A stretch of DNA of 61,682 bases, filler included, from Dimargaris cristalligena (Eukaryota), in assembly GCA_003614675.1 (NCBI GenBank). It is 7 parts of 7 records of this genome, joined end to end, with 100 filler letters (N's around TTAATTAATTAA, not from the genome) between each part and the next. Parts side by side here need not be neighbours in the genome. Positions count along the whole stretch, not along the records: positions 44,235 to 52,910 come from ML003313.1; positions 53,011 to 61,682 come from ML003314.1; 5 more parts are not named here. One strand, given 5' to 3'. The notes beneath the pieces were generated by a model. That model was not told the DNA's origin, ran no database searches, and was given only the letters and a program-made list of their open reading frames with translations. The translations under genes were made by a program, and so were the position numbers. This document shows positions 47,014-58,889 of the stretch, one piece after another. The stretch's first letter is position 1; each line of letters opens with the position of its first letter.

Positions 47014-50000
47014 ATGGCCTTCCCGATAAATTCCAACTCAGTCTTTACCACTGCTAGCTGCCCCTTATTACTATCTCTTGGGGGATCGAGTTACATTTTT
47101 ACCACCTTAGCCATGTCTTTTCCAAGCCTCGAAGTCCAACCCTTTCGACTCTCCTTGACCTCCGAGGAGTCTGACCCTAACCGGTTACCACCTTTCTGTG
47201 CCGGTATTTCGTATCACCTCCTTCGCCGACTCGGCTGTCTGCCTAATGACCCTCGGTACTTGGCCTGGCTCACCACCGACTGTACATCGCTAGACCCGAA
47301 TAGTTCTCATGAGTTGGTGGTTGGACTAAGTCCTTTAGCCGACAATGCCTTTACTTCCTTACGAGGCGGCCGGCTCGAATGGCAGGTAGCGTCCAGCCCC
47401 CAAAAACCAACCACCCCAGCGTCAATACTGGAGATTGCCCTACGCCCGGGTCAAGTGAATCAGCTATTTCCACACCCAGACAGCAGTGCAGAGAATAGTC
47501 GCCGTTTGCCTCCAATTCAACTACAACTAATACCCCGGGCCACGGTCAGGCAATGTAGTATGATTACACTGCGAGCGAGCCAACACGATATTCTGATGAG
47601 CGGGATTCAAGACCATTTACCCTCTTGGGTTTGCGATCAAATTGTAACCCGGGGCACCACTTTGACCCATGCCTATAGTAAATTGAGAACACTTCATTTC
47701 CAAGTGGTTGGACTTACACTGGCCCCAGACCACGGAGTCAATCCCACTTCTTTATCCATCTCTGAGCGGTGGGGGGTGGTAATCGCCCAAACCACTATCA
47801 GTCTAGAGACAGATGCCCCTGATCCACCCGTTTGCACGGCCGTCGAAACCCCGTCGCTTAATGGACAGTTATCCACCAACCCACTGGCCACTACCTCCAC
47901 CTATATTGGCCCTTCCAGAAAGGAGCTTATGTATAATTGCCTGGGCGAATCCGGCCAAGTTCTACGTCAATTCTGGATGATGCTCACAGACGAATCTGAT
48001 ACATCCTTCCCCTCGCTCGTATCCCGAACGCTTTTACTTACCGGTCCATCGGGAACCGGAAAATCCTTTGCTTTACGCACACTGGCCCACCTACACGGTT
48101 TCCAATATGACACGCTTGATCTGGGTCAGTTGGCCCAGCTTAACCCCGGCAACACCGCCCGAACCTTGGCCGAAGTACTGGATTTCTTGGTTCGGCCCCG
48201 ACGGGGGGCCCGTGACGCGACCCAAATGCTGTGTCTCGAAAATATCCACCTCCTCTTTCCCCAAGACCATTCGGATGCCGACATGGTCCAGGTAGTGTCC
48301 CGGGCCCTGTACCCATACACTATGGCATCGGGTCGATCCACCCATGGTGGTGGCCGCTGGGCTTTGGTAGCGACAGCGCCCCGATCTTCCCTGATTGATC
48401 GTACCGTTCGATCCCTCTTTTTAACCACTGCGTCCCTGCCCATTCCAACTCCCCAGGACCGGGTTCATTTATTCAAGTATTGTTTGGGCTTAAGCTCTTC
48501 CTCGCTAACAACCCAATCATCCCCAGGTTTACAGTACCTGGTTTCCTCCTCCCACGGCTATTTGGCAGCTGACGTGGCTTGTCTAACCCGCCAGCTTTGG
48601 CTGCATTACCACCCTCCTTCATCACAAGATACGATGGCCAGCCCCTCAGAACCGGGGATGGCCGACCAGGCTACAGTAGGTGGTTGGCTGGACCAACTTA
48701 ATCCCGCCACTATTCGGAAATTCACCCACGGGTTTACCCCCTCGCTACTCCGAAGTTCGGCCATGAATGAGTCGCCCGCCCTCCTAGCCGGAGCGCAAAT
48801 GCTGACCTCGTCGGAGCAGCAAGTAAGCTGGGCTGATATTGGTGGCCTTCACGAGGCTAAACGGGTCTTGGAGGAGACTGTGTGCTGGTTTGATAAGCAC
48901 GAGAATGCCTACCGCCGGTTAGGTATTAGCCCCCGGCGCGGGGTTTTGCTGCACGGCCCACCGGGAACTGGCAAAACCCTACTGGCTAAGGCTGTAGCTA
49001 CCCAAACCAACGCCAATTTTTTGCCTATCCGAATGACGAACCTAATCAAGGGCGAGGTAAGATATCCGGTCCAGGTGGTCTTTAATGCTAGATTGATAGG
49101 ATTACCGACACTCGACTAAGGAGGGGACCATTGCTACTTTGCTTCTGTCTCGGTATACTCATTCTACAACACATACCGAGAGCCTGCCCACCAGTTACCA
49201 CATTAGCTGCTGAGATATATTAAGTGCTAATTTAAACGCCCGGTCGATATTACGTATACCACATGCCCTTATTTTTTAGATTGGTGACTCGGAAAAGGCC
49301 GTTCGGCAACTCTTTCGCCTGGCTCAACAATCCAGCCCCTGTGTTATTTTCATCGATGAGCTCGAAACCCTGTTCGGTAACAAAGAAGGGTCCGGGCAAC
49401 TGGGCAATAACCTAATCTCCCAGCTTCTTTTAGAACTGGACCAGCTCAATGCCCGCAATGCCCACGTGGTGGTATTAGGGGCCACCAATTACCCCGATGG
49501 TATTGACCAGAGCATTCTGCGGCCCGGGCGACTTGATAAACTGGTGTATGTGGCTCCGCCGGGGACTGCCGAACGTCGGGAGATTCTGCAATTATTCTCG
49601 CGTCACTTACCCATCGCACCCGATGTAGACTGGGAAGAGGTGGTACACATGACGGATGGCCTGACTGGTGCCGACCTGCAGGCTTTGGTCAACAAGGCTG
49701 GGCTACTGGCTCTCGACGCAGCGTGGTCAACTGCGGAGTCGGAAGAAGATACTGGGGTAAGTAGCACTGCACTCATTATCGTTAATCAATATCATGATTG
49801 ATCCTTTACCAATAGTTTCCCCATCAAACCATCATTTCCGATCACTTATCTAACTTGGTGCTGTTTTCTTTGTTTTGTTTTTTTAAAAAAATATTATAAA
49901 TACAACTAAATAATATTAATGTATTTGATATTTGTATCGTTTATTAACAGAGAATTATTCACGGCACTCTGGTAACTAAGCCCTATCTGATTGAGGCGGT

Positions 50001-50025
50001 CCAGTCATTTCGAACCCGGGTTTAA
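47014..50025 (+). CDS. Cdc48-family two-module AAA+ ATPase with degenerate D1; exons 47014 (or 47113)-49056, 49280-49756, 49951-50025
   Basis: D1 has GPSGTGKS but Walker B reads LCLENIH. D2 has [43 protein letters not shown]. Two phase-0 GTAAG...AG introns (49057-49279, 49757-49950) join in frame to TAA at 50023-50025. Confidence 0.8.
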
Positions 50026-50194
50026 AGGAACTTAATCGTTTTCCGAATTTGGTCGACATTTATAAAGTAAAAAAAAAACATTATAATGAAGCGCAATTTA
50101 AGGATACCATTTTGATAGGGTTAAACTGATAGCCGCCACTTGGCTATTTCTGATATCATCCCTCCAATCACTTGTCATTTGAATCGGTGATATC

Positions 50195-50918
50195 AGTGCA
50201 TATATGTGCTGCTGGGGGCGTCCGGCCTATTACTGTGGGCCTTGGGGATTCACGAGGAGGCAGCGACCTCCTTATCGGCACGATCTAAAGTCGCGGTGGA
50301 CAGCTCCCTGGCAGCAGAAGATTGGAGGCTCGCAGAGTTGGACGCAGTCATGGCGGTAAACGTGGGTCGAGGTAGCGGTTGAAATAAAGGGAGGACGGGG
50401 CTAAAAGGTAAAGGAGATAATGGTTTATTGTCAAATAATAAAAGGACCGGCAAATGGGAAGAAATATTAATTAAAAAGGAAAGAAAAAGCCGCGATAGGA
50501 TCGAAGATTAGAGATAGAATTCACACAAGTAGGCGATGACAATCTTCCAAAAAAAGGGGAGAATTCGTGGGTTATTTATGTAACCTTTAGGGGGCCTCCG
50601 AGGCCGCTAGTTTGCAAGGAGAATACGGAAAATAGCTAAAGGAATGGAATGAGGTGAAATAAAAGAGAAGTACCAAGAAATAGGTCGGACTTTTGATGCA
50701 CATTAAAAAGAGGTGGACTTTTTAATGCAAACCACGAGTATAGAAATATAAAAATGTAGTTTTATGTTGGTGTATGGTCACGGCATAGGCGGCGAAATCA
50801 GTGGGAAAACAGTGGGAATGATGCCGCCATTGTATATCTTGGCATTTTCCGCCCTCTATTGATGTAGACCGGCCATTCATAGTCCGGGGGTACGTGCCGA
50901 CCGCCGGATGGCATTACA
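50195..50918. repeat. Dispersed ~720-bp diverged repeat, copy B
   Basis: Colinear with 42983-43704; the minus strand encodes MTASNSASLQSSAARELSTATLDRADKEVAASS*, similar to SNSVNLPSSATRELTAATLGCADKEAAASS in copy A. Confidence 0.85.
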
Positions 50919-52473
50919 ACTACTATATCCCAGAGTCCGGATACATGACATAGCGCTGGTTTGGAAAGGGTTACCAACCTCGATAAATAGTTGCTCGAAG
51001 CCGTCGATTTTGTATTCGATTGCCCACCTATAAAGAGCGACGAAAAAAATACTTTTGTAGTATTTCAGGAGGACCCAGGGGTTATTCTTATCCAATGGGC
51101 CCATGTTTCCGATTTCATATTCAACTTGGTCAGCATTTTGAGTTACCTATTCCCCTGTGGATGGACGATTACTGCCGGCCACACCCTGTCCTCCCCTTAT
51201 CTACCGAGAGTTCAGTGTTGGAGTGGTGTTCGCTGCTCTCGCCTTATCCCAAACCAGAAGCTCTTCGGAACTCATTTCCTCCAGTTCGGCGATAAATTGG
51301 GTGGTCTCCCTAAAGGCCAACACTCGGACTGGATCGGCGGATGGCTTGTCATTATCTGTATCTAAATTTTCATTATAAGTGCCAATTTGACCTTCCGCGG
51401 GAGCCAAGCTGCGGATAGTATCCTTAAGCACAGTGACATTGCTTTAACAGACATATAGGGCCGCCAAGTGGCCCTCCACCCAATAAGAAATGTCGATTAA
51501 ACCCTGCTCTGTCAAACTGTGGAACAGCTGAATTCTGGCCAAACCCAAGGATATATCGTACACAGGGTAGTAGCTGGGTGAAATAACCATGACATACGAA
51601 ATATAAATAATCTTTTAATACTGGTGAGTTATGTCTGGCACTTATATAGCTTTTTAGAAAGTAGGGATACATGGTCATATGTGGGGACTTGTGAGAGCGG
51701 GACACACAGGGCGGGAAAGCTCCCTGCCACCAAATGGTACTAGAAAAATGGGTAATGGCAATGTTTTGGTTGTCATTAGGATCCAGGGAACTGAAATGAG
51801 GATATAATACATGGGTGTGATGATCTATTTATTATTTAGAATGGGAAAGCCAGAAGTGCATATATGACATTAGAGGTAATAAAAGGTAATTATAAATGTG
51901 AAATAGCGAAGACAACACCCAAAGGGTAAACATGAGGGATTTAGTTACAAATTTCCACAGTGTAGGAAGTCGTCAGAAAAAAGGAGTAGCCGGGGTTTCT
52001 ACTTGTGAATACGCCGGACCAGAGTAGGAATGTATATAAAGTTGACATTAGCTGGAATAGACCCATGTTTATTCCAGCAATAAGGTGCGCCACACATTGC
52101 AATAGTCATTCTGTAAAACTACGGGGTGGACAAGGGAGGGCATATATGGCATCTCAGGGACCTTGGTATAGTAAGCCTTATCAACCACCAGGAAGAGTTT
52201 TCCTGGCTCAGTGTCAGACACTCGACCAGTCTGTACGGAGTCTAGGTGGTCCAACCATGCTGTAATTCCCGCATGGTATTTGTTCAGAGCTCCCATTGTT
52301 GGGACCAGTGCCAACTGTATTTCTTGGGATGAGTCTGTGGAATCCTCCGGTGCCCTAACAGTGGTGGCAGAGAATGAATTGTCAGCCTCCAATAATGCAG
52401 AATGTGCCATGATATAAGTATGGCGTAGTGAGTTGGTATAGGCTTGCACAGATGGTTGGTCAGTCCCACCCAT
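50877..52473 (-). pseudogene. Unidentified fragmented coding-like region upstream of repeat copy B
   Basis: Series of same-strand protein-like ORF remnants (52069-52473, 51424-51705, 51201-51431, 50877-51104) in CpG-poor sequence; no family recognised. Confidence 0.3.
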
Positions 52474-52910
52474 TTGTGTAGTGTTGGTTATTTTAGGCTG
52501 CCACTCGTAGATTAGGTTGGGGGTGGCCTGGCGCTTATTGCGCTAAAGGTGGGGAATGAATAAGGGGGTTATATAAATATATATATGAGTGTGAGTTAAA
52601 CAGCCTGCTAACATACTTCGCAAGCCATCTGATACAAGTGGAAAAAACCAGTTAATAATAACGGTGTCGATATTCTAAATGAGAACAGGCCAGTGGGGAT
52701 ATAGCCAGCGTGTGTATTCCATAAATCGAATCTGATAGTGGTGTCAAATAGCATGTTTTGATAGCCACAGGTGCAGACGTCCCAACAATCCAGTATAGAA
52801 ACTTACCTCAGCACGCTGGAATAGCTGTGGGCCGGGCTCACCACCCACTGGATAGCTAGAAGAAGGGGCCTCCTGGGGAAGACTAGATGTAAATTGGGCG
52901 AGAGCTAGGC

Positions 52911-53010
52911 NNNNNNNNNNNNNNNNNNNNNNNNNNNNNNNNNNNNNNNNNNNNTTAATTAATTAANNNNNNNNNNNNNNNNNNNNNNNNNNNNNNNNNN
53001 NNNNNNNNNN
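52911..53010. other. Artificial contig-joining spacer
   Basis: N44-TTAATTAATTAA(52955-52966)-N44. Confidence 0.97.
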
Positions 53011-54236
53011 AAGTACTACTGGTTGAAAATAAACATCCCACCAATTTTCCCATACACATATCGGTTAAAACCTTATACAACCAAGCTGAACTTCACCCAA
53101 ATTTTACCTGAGTCTTCACGAATCCTTTTTCCGTTTTTACGAGCATCTGTAGCTATGGCAGGTCGCTTGACACCTCAACGGCGACTATTTCGTTCGACAT
53201 ACCCCTTGTTAAAAAAATCATTTTAGGGAAATGAATTTCCGTTTATTGCCATTGGTAGTGGTTAGTCGGAACTTCGTTACACTAAGAGGGCGAATTTAAT
53301 CCATATACACTGGAAGGTACTTTCCGTAAAGGACTGATTGGGGGAAGTTGTTGTTTAGGTATCCATTCTATGGATGAACCTCTAGCCACATTCCACAGGC
53401 TTGAGGAATGTTGGCGAGGATCAGGGTTTTTTGCGGACGACCGAAAACAATGTAAAAATTCGACTAATAGATTAAGGCCTGGTTTTTCTCATCCATTCAG
53501 GTCATTAATCCCCAACTATGGGCGAGCTAATCACTTATCAAGTCGGTTTAGAGGTTTATAATGAAGTTTTGGAAGTTCATTTATGGTAAAACGACCCGCG
53601 AGAGCCCATTATAAGTCCCCAACTCCGATCGCCGGCCAACTGGGAGCCCATTAGAAACAGGGCAATAGGGGACAATCATTCCTAGTCATCCCCCCCTTTC
53701 AACAAGTGGGGGGCCAATGCATTCCAATAGGTGTTGTCTCCTCCCTCTTCCATACCACTGAAAAAAAAGCCACACTGGGACAGGCGGGAAACCAGCCCCT
53801 TAACTTAATAAGGCAGAGAGCTCTCTCGCCTAAGCCAGTTTGTTCCCATTGTCCTGGTTGGACTCCACCAGAGTTGGGGCGGGAGGAAAATAAGGCTTTT
53901 GCGGGCAAAGTGGGGGAAAGGAGGGGGGAGGCCCAGGCACTCGTTATTACCGCTCCAGAGGGAGACAGAAGTTCTTTTTACTTCCTTCCTGCCCCCCTCA
54001 TTTATTTTTAGTTTGGTCCAGGCCCCACTTACTTTTCCCAGCGCCTGAACATCTCCTCCCCCCCACTCCTAGTCCCCGCCCCGGCTCCGCACTTCGCCGT
54101 GTCTTCCCGTTGCGATCCTCCTCCTCCCCCTCCTTCTTAAAACGTATACACCCGTTCCCCGTGTTATATATCTTTCCATTTCTATTCACTTTACCCGGTG
54201 TGCTTCCTTTATTCCGAGGGTTCGATAGCGCCAGCC

Positions 54237-57200
54237 ATGTCCGGATCGAATGCGGCCCTACCACCCTGGGTGGCTCTGTGCGCCCGGTCCCCGTCATCTC
54301 TCCAGATGATGCCTCCCCGCGTCCTCCGCCGCATCTGCCATTACCTGGGCAATGACCCAGTCGACCTACTTCACCTCGCCCAGACCTGTCGGGACCTCAA
54401 GGCCTACAGCCTAGAATACCTCTGGCGGCGTCCCCGCTTCCGCTCCCCGGAAGCCTTCAGCAGCTTTCTAGCGGCGGTGACCAAGCAGCGCTACTACGCC
54501 GCCCGTATCCGCAGTTTATGTTTGACCATCGCTCCCGACCAGGCCCTGCCCATCCCGGTGTACGCGGCCCCCCTTGACGAACCCGACTCGGACCCTTCGG
54601 CCCGTCCGGCCGATGCTTTGGCGTCCCCTTCCACTACCTCCGCCTCTTCCGCCTCCGCCCGGATTCTAACTACGCTTGACCCCGGCCACCTCTTGGCCCC
54701 CGTGGCCGCGAGCCAGCGCAGTGCCCACCTCAAGCTACGCTCGAGTATCCTGGCGGATCCCCAGATTATTATTTCACTAGTCCGGGTCTGCGACCAGTTG
54801 CGTGATTTGACCATTTACGGCTGGCAGCTCCGGGATACTGATTTATTGACCATCTCCTCTTTGACCCCTTGCCTGCGCCAGTGGGCCATCATTGGCGGTT
54901 GCCAGTACTCGGCCTCCACCCTGGTCCAGGTCGTCCATCAGCTGCCCCATCTGGTCAGTTTTGCCCTGGATACGGAACTGACCCTGACTTCAGCGTTTGA
55001 TCGGCTGGCCAGCCCCCCTGGGCGTTCCTTCCGGCGGCTGCATATTACCGGCGACGGAATCCCGGCCCAGTCCCTAACCCCTATACTGGCCCGCCAATCG
55101 GCCCTCCAGTCGCTTACGGTGGCCCCCCTGCTCAATTATAGCGATACCCTCCTCCACTCCTGGCTGGGCCATATGTGTCGGCTCCAGTCCGTCACGCTGG
55201 CCGATTCAGCGGTGACTATGGAAACCGTGCGGATCATGACCGAAAACTGCAACCAACTCCAATACCTCGACGTTCGTCGGGCCGACAAGTTCGGCCCTGA
55301 CCCCACCACGGTAGAATGGATGATGCCGGTATGTATGTCCCTGCAGGCCCTCGTGGTGGCCAATCTGGCCCTGACCGACGATATCATGTTGATGATGAGT
55401 AACAGCTGTAGGCAGATCCAGGCCATTGGTTGCCAAGAATGTCCCTTGTTTACTGACGAAGGTTTGAATCACCTGGTCGAGAATTTATACGCCCTTCGGG
55501 CTGTGACTTGCGTGGGCTGTCCCCAAATTACCGAGAGCGCCCTTATTTTGCTCAAGCAACACCAACGGGCCCACCTTCGCTACCTGGTCCTCGAACAATG
55601 TCGTATCACCTCGGCCACCGCGGTCGAGCAGTTTGTGCGGGAATGTCCCCAGCTGGAGCTCATTCTTATTAAAGGGGTCGAGACCATCCAACAGGCGTTT
55701 TCCTACCATCTGCAGCGTTCCGATCCCTGTCCCGCTAAGGCTTCGTCCTCGGTACCACTCGACCGAGTGTTTGCTCCCCTGTACTCGCCTTCCCACCCTC
55801 TGTTCTCCATGGCCGCTAAACAAATCACCGACCAGATCATGACGCTGGCGACCGCCTCGGTCAAGGAAAAGGCCCTCCCCGGTATCGGTTCCCTGGACCC
55901 CCTCGCTACCGAGTGGTTGCGCCATTTTGCCCAATTTCGGTCGGTCAAGCCCGAGCCCGCCCGTCCTACCCCAAAAGTAGTATTTGCTGCCGCTCCGAGC
56001 CAGCCGGTGGTTACCCGGGTTGATCGGAGTACCTCTAGCTCCGAGAAGCGGCCCCGCCCATCCTCGACCGTCTACCCCCGGGAGACTACCCATGGCGTAC
56101 GCTCCGGTACCGTTTCTTATGCCCGAGGATCCGACTCACCTGGCCCCAGTAATAGTGTCCCCCACCATGTTGAGCCGGATGAAGGACTTCCGGTACGTAA
56201 ACATCGCAAGAGTATGAACGAACGGGTGCCAGTGGCCACTGGTCCCATTGCGGTTCCACTCGAACGACCCCCGGTGGTGTCCCGCGTGCCATCCACCTAC
56301 TCGCAAACCTCCTCCCTAGCTCTACCACCTACCCACCAGCCGGCTTATATCGCCTCCCCAGCCCTTAGCGCCTCGCAGGTGTCCCTTAGTCGTGAACGCC
56401 GCCAGGTTGCCCCGGCCCCTAATATTCTCATCAAGTGGGAGGACTGGGGTGGTGACCAAGGTGAAGTTCCTCCTCCACCACCGCCTAAACTAGTCTCCCC
56501 TGCCCCGGTGGTTGGTCGACCCCCTCCCCTCCGCCCATCGCCTTCGAATCCCGAAGAAGTTGGCCAACTAATCCGGAATCTGGCCCGCGCTAGTCAAGCC
56601 GCCTCGCCCGTTCCGGCGACCACCGTTACCACCCCTGGATCTCCAGCTGGGTTGAATGCTGCTGCCCATCCCTCTCCCCCCGTTCACTCAATCACCCCTG
56701 CTGCTCAGTCTCAGCCTACCGCGCCCGCCGCCGATAAAGTCAGCAACTTGATCAAAATGTTAGCCATGAATAAATCGAAACCCCCGGTCGCACGCCCCGA
56801 TTCCGCCTTGGGAACCGGACCCGGAGCCAACAGTGCCCCTATGTCGCCTGTCGTGATGCCTATGGCGGCCACCCAGCCGTCCCAGGCCCCTGGAAAAGAC
56901 TCCGCCGCAGTCCAGCCCTCTCCGGTGCCCGCCATTTCGGCATTTAAAGGGACAGTCACCGCATCTCCTGTTGTGTCCGGTGCCACCCCGGCCAATGCCC
57001 CGCCGTCAGTACCAACTTTCCCAGGATCTCCTGCGCGTACCGGCGCAAGCCAGCCCCTTACTCCTACCAAGAACCAACCGCCGAACCACTCTTCCGACCT
57101 GGCTTCCGGCCCTATCGGCGCGAACCTATCCGTGAAGAAGACCCCGACCGTCGTTGCTAAGACGTTACTGTGGGATGGCCCGATCAGTTACACGAGAGCT

Positions 57201-58889
57201 TCTCCTTCCAAACCCAAAAAGCGCAAGTCCCAGTCGGGTGGGGAGAATGCCAGTTCCAATGGATCCAGCACGGAAAATGAGGCGACTGTCGCCCCTTCCA
57301 AATTCCAACAGCCAGGCCCGAAGGAAACCCAAAATCTACCGCCCCCCCGATCAACCGAAACGGGCCCGACTAAGGACCAGACCCCTCCACCTACTTCCCA
57401 GGTTGCCCCATCAGCCACTCTCCCTCAACCAACCCCTACTCAGACCAATGGAATATCCTCCCCACCGGCCATGTTAGTGGAGAAAGTAGCCGACGGACCC
57501 GTCCCCGCTGCTTTGGCGATCACCCAGGTATCTTCTTCCCTCGCGGTGAAAAACCTTCTGAATTCGCCTGACGATGATGTCTCCTCGGGCTTTGTTTACC
57601 CACCCCTCGCGGCCGAGCGAAATGAAACGGCTAATTCAGTTGCCGAAGTGCCTCCCCCCAAGGTCACTGAGGCCAGCGGTCCCTCTCAGCCTGGCTCCAG
57701 TCCGGTCCTTCCGAATACGGCCGAAAGCTCCGTTGACACATCCATTAAGTCCCCTGTCATGGAGGCAAAGGATGCCACTAGTCGCAAAAAGAAGAACCGG
57801 GAGCGCAAAGCTAAGGAGAGGGCCGCCAAAACCCAGGCTGAGGACCGGCAGATCTCGGCGGATCCCCAATTAGTGGACCCGGTATCAAGTAATACGCCCA
57901 CGCCTGTGGCCACGAGCAGAGCCCCAGGGAAACCAATTAATCGTGAAACAGTTACTCCTGTCGCCCCCCAATTGTCCTCCAAACCCCAGTCCTCTCTCGG
58001 TAACCATCTAACTCAGCCACGTCCCCAGACCCCTACCCCGGCCCCCACTAACGGCCCTGCCCCGAAGCCCACCGAAAAGGCTGATAGCCGGAAATCCAGT
58101 GTTTCGTCTAACCCTGGCCCTAAATCCAAAACAAAACCTGCGGAAAGCAGGCCACCCAAGGTGACGGCCGCTGTGGCGATGCCTGCCCCTCAGTCAAGTG
58201 ACCCTAGTGAGATCCAGCCGGGAACTGCACCTGTTGGTCAGAATGGGTTGGCCGCTGCGTCTACTAGCCAGAATGGAATAGCTACAGCGTCATCTGTCGC
58301 TACTCTCTTGGGCAGTAACGGGGTTTTGCAGCCTTCGCCATCCCCGGCACCGCCAGTTGAGAGGCTCACTAAACTAAGCACACTCACCAACTCTAATACC
58401 GCAACTATTACTATCCCAGTCTCTTCCAACGCCGCTGCTTCTTCGGCCGTTTCCAAACCCAGCCCACCGATTTCTACCCCCACTGTCGCCGCAATCCCTG
58501 CCCCTGAATCCGTAGCGACCGCAGCTGCCCCCAAAAAATCCGATGACAAGGTGGATTCCAATGCCGTTGCTAAAAAGCGTACCCCACGCCCGGTAATTCC
58601 AGGGCGGGGCAAAGTGTTGCTTCAGGTTCAGGTTGAAACCACCACAGGGAGCCAAGAGCGAGTCACCGTTTGTGAACTGGATGATATTCACAAGATTGCC
58701 CGTGAATTTTGCATTCAGCACAACATGATGAACTTGGTGGATGGCCTGGTCGAAATTATCGATAATAAGAAAAAGTCGCTGAGATCTCGCAGACTGGCCC
58801 GGATCTCTAAATCATCGGGTGGAGAATCCCGGGGACCTTCATCACCTTCGGTAACCCCCGCGGCCGCTCCCCCGAAATTGAAGGCCTAG
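54237..58889 (+). CDS. F-box / cysteine-containing LRR protein with a long Pro/Ser/Thr-rich region and a small C-terminal domain (~1550 aa)
   Basis: F-box-like MPPRVLRRICHYL..DLLHLAQTCR..LWRRP; LRRs such as CNQLQYLDV, CPLFTDEGL, CPQITESAL, CPQLELILI; first in-frame ATG at 54237 (GCCATG). Confidence 0.75.
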   Translation: MSGSNAALPPWVALCARSPSSLQMMPPRVLRRICHYLGNDPVDLLHLAQTCRDLKAYSLEYLWRRPRFRSPEAFSSFLAAVTKQRYYAARIRSLCLTIAPDQALPIPVYAAPLDEPDSDPSARPADALASPSTTSASSASARILTTLDPGHLLAPVAASQRSAHLKLRSSILADPQIIISLVRVCDQLRDLTIYGWQLRDTDLLTISSLTPCLRQWAIIGGCQYSASTLVQVVHQLPHLVSFALDTELTLTSAFDRLASPPGRSFRRLHITGDGIPAQSLTPILARQSALQSLTVAPLLNYSDTLLHSWLGHMCRLQSVTLADSAVTMETVRIMTENCNQLQYLDVRRADKFGPDPTTVEWMMPVCMSLQALVVANLALTDDIMLMMSNSCRQIQAIGCQECPLFTDEGLNHLVENLYALRAVTCVGCPQITESALILLKQHQRAHLRYLVLEQCRITSATAVEQFVRECPQLELILIKGVETIQQAFSYHLQRSDPCPAKASSSVPLDRVFAPLYSPSHPLFSMAAKQITDQIMTLATASVKEKALPGIGSLDPLATEWLRHFAQFRSVKPEPARPTPKVVFAAAPSQPVVTRVDRSTSSSEKRPRPSSTVYPRETTHGVRSGTVSYARGSDSPGPSNSVPHHVEPDEGLPVRKHRKSMNERVPVATGPIAVPLERPPVVSRVPSTYSQTSSLALPPTHQPAYIASPALSASQVSLSRERRQVAPAPNILIKWEDWGGDQGEVPPPPPPKLVSPAPVVGRPPPLRPSPSNPEEVGQLIRNLARASQAASPVPATTVTTPGSPAGLNAAAHPSPPVHSITPAAQSQPTAPAADKVSNLIKMLAMNKSKPPVARPDSALGTGPGANSAPMSPVVMPMAATQPSQAPGKDSAAVQPSPVPAISAFKGTVTASPVVSGATPANAPPSVPTFPGSPARTGASQPLTPTKNQPPNHSSDLASGPIGANLSVKKTPTVVAKTLLWDGPISYTRASPSKPKKRKSQSGGENASSNGSSTENEATVAPSKFQQPGPKETQNLPPPRSTETGPTKDQTPPPTSQVAPSATLPQPTPTQTNGISSPPAMLVEKVADGPVPAALAITQVSSSLAVKNLLNSPDDDVSSGFVYPPLAAERNETANSVAEVPPPKVTEASGPSQPGSSPVLPNTAESSVDTSIKSPVMEAKDATSRKKKNRERKAKERAAKTQAEDRQISADPQLVDPVSSNTPTPVATSRAPGKPINRETVTPVAPQLSSKPQSSLGNHLTQPRPQTPTPAPTNGPAPKPTEKADSRKSSVSSNPGPKSKTKPAESRPPKVTAAVAMPAPQSSDPSEIQPGTAPVGQNGLAAASTSQNGIATASSVATLLGSNGVLQPSPSPAPPVERLTKLSTLTNSNTATITIPVSSNAAASSAVSKPSPPISTPTVAAIPAPESVATAAAPKKSDDKVDSNAVAKKRTPRPVIPGRGKVLLQVQVETTTGSQERVTVCELDDIHKIAREFCIQHNMMNLVDGLVEIIDNKKKSLRSRRLARISKSSGGESRGPSSPSVTPAAAPPKLKA

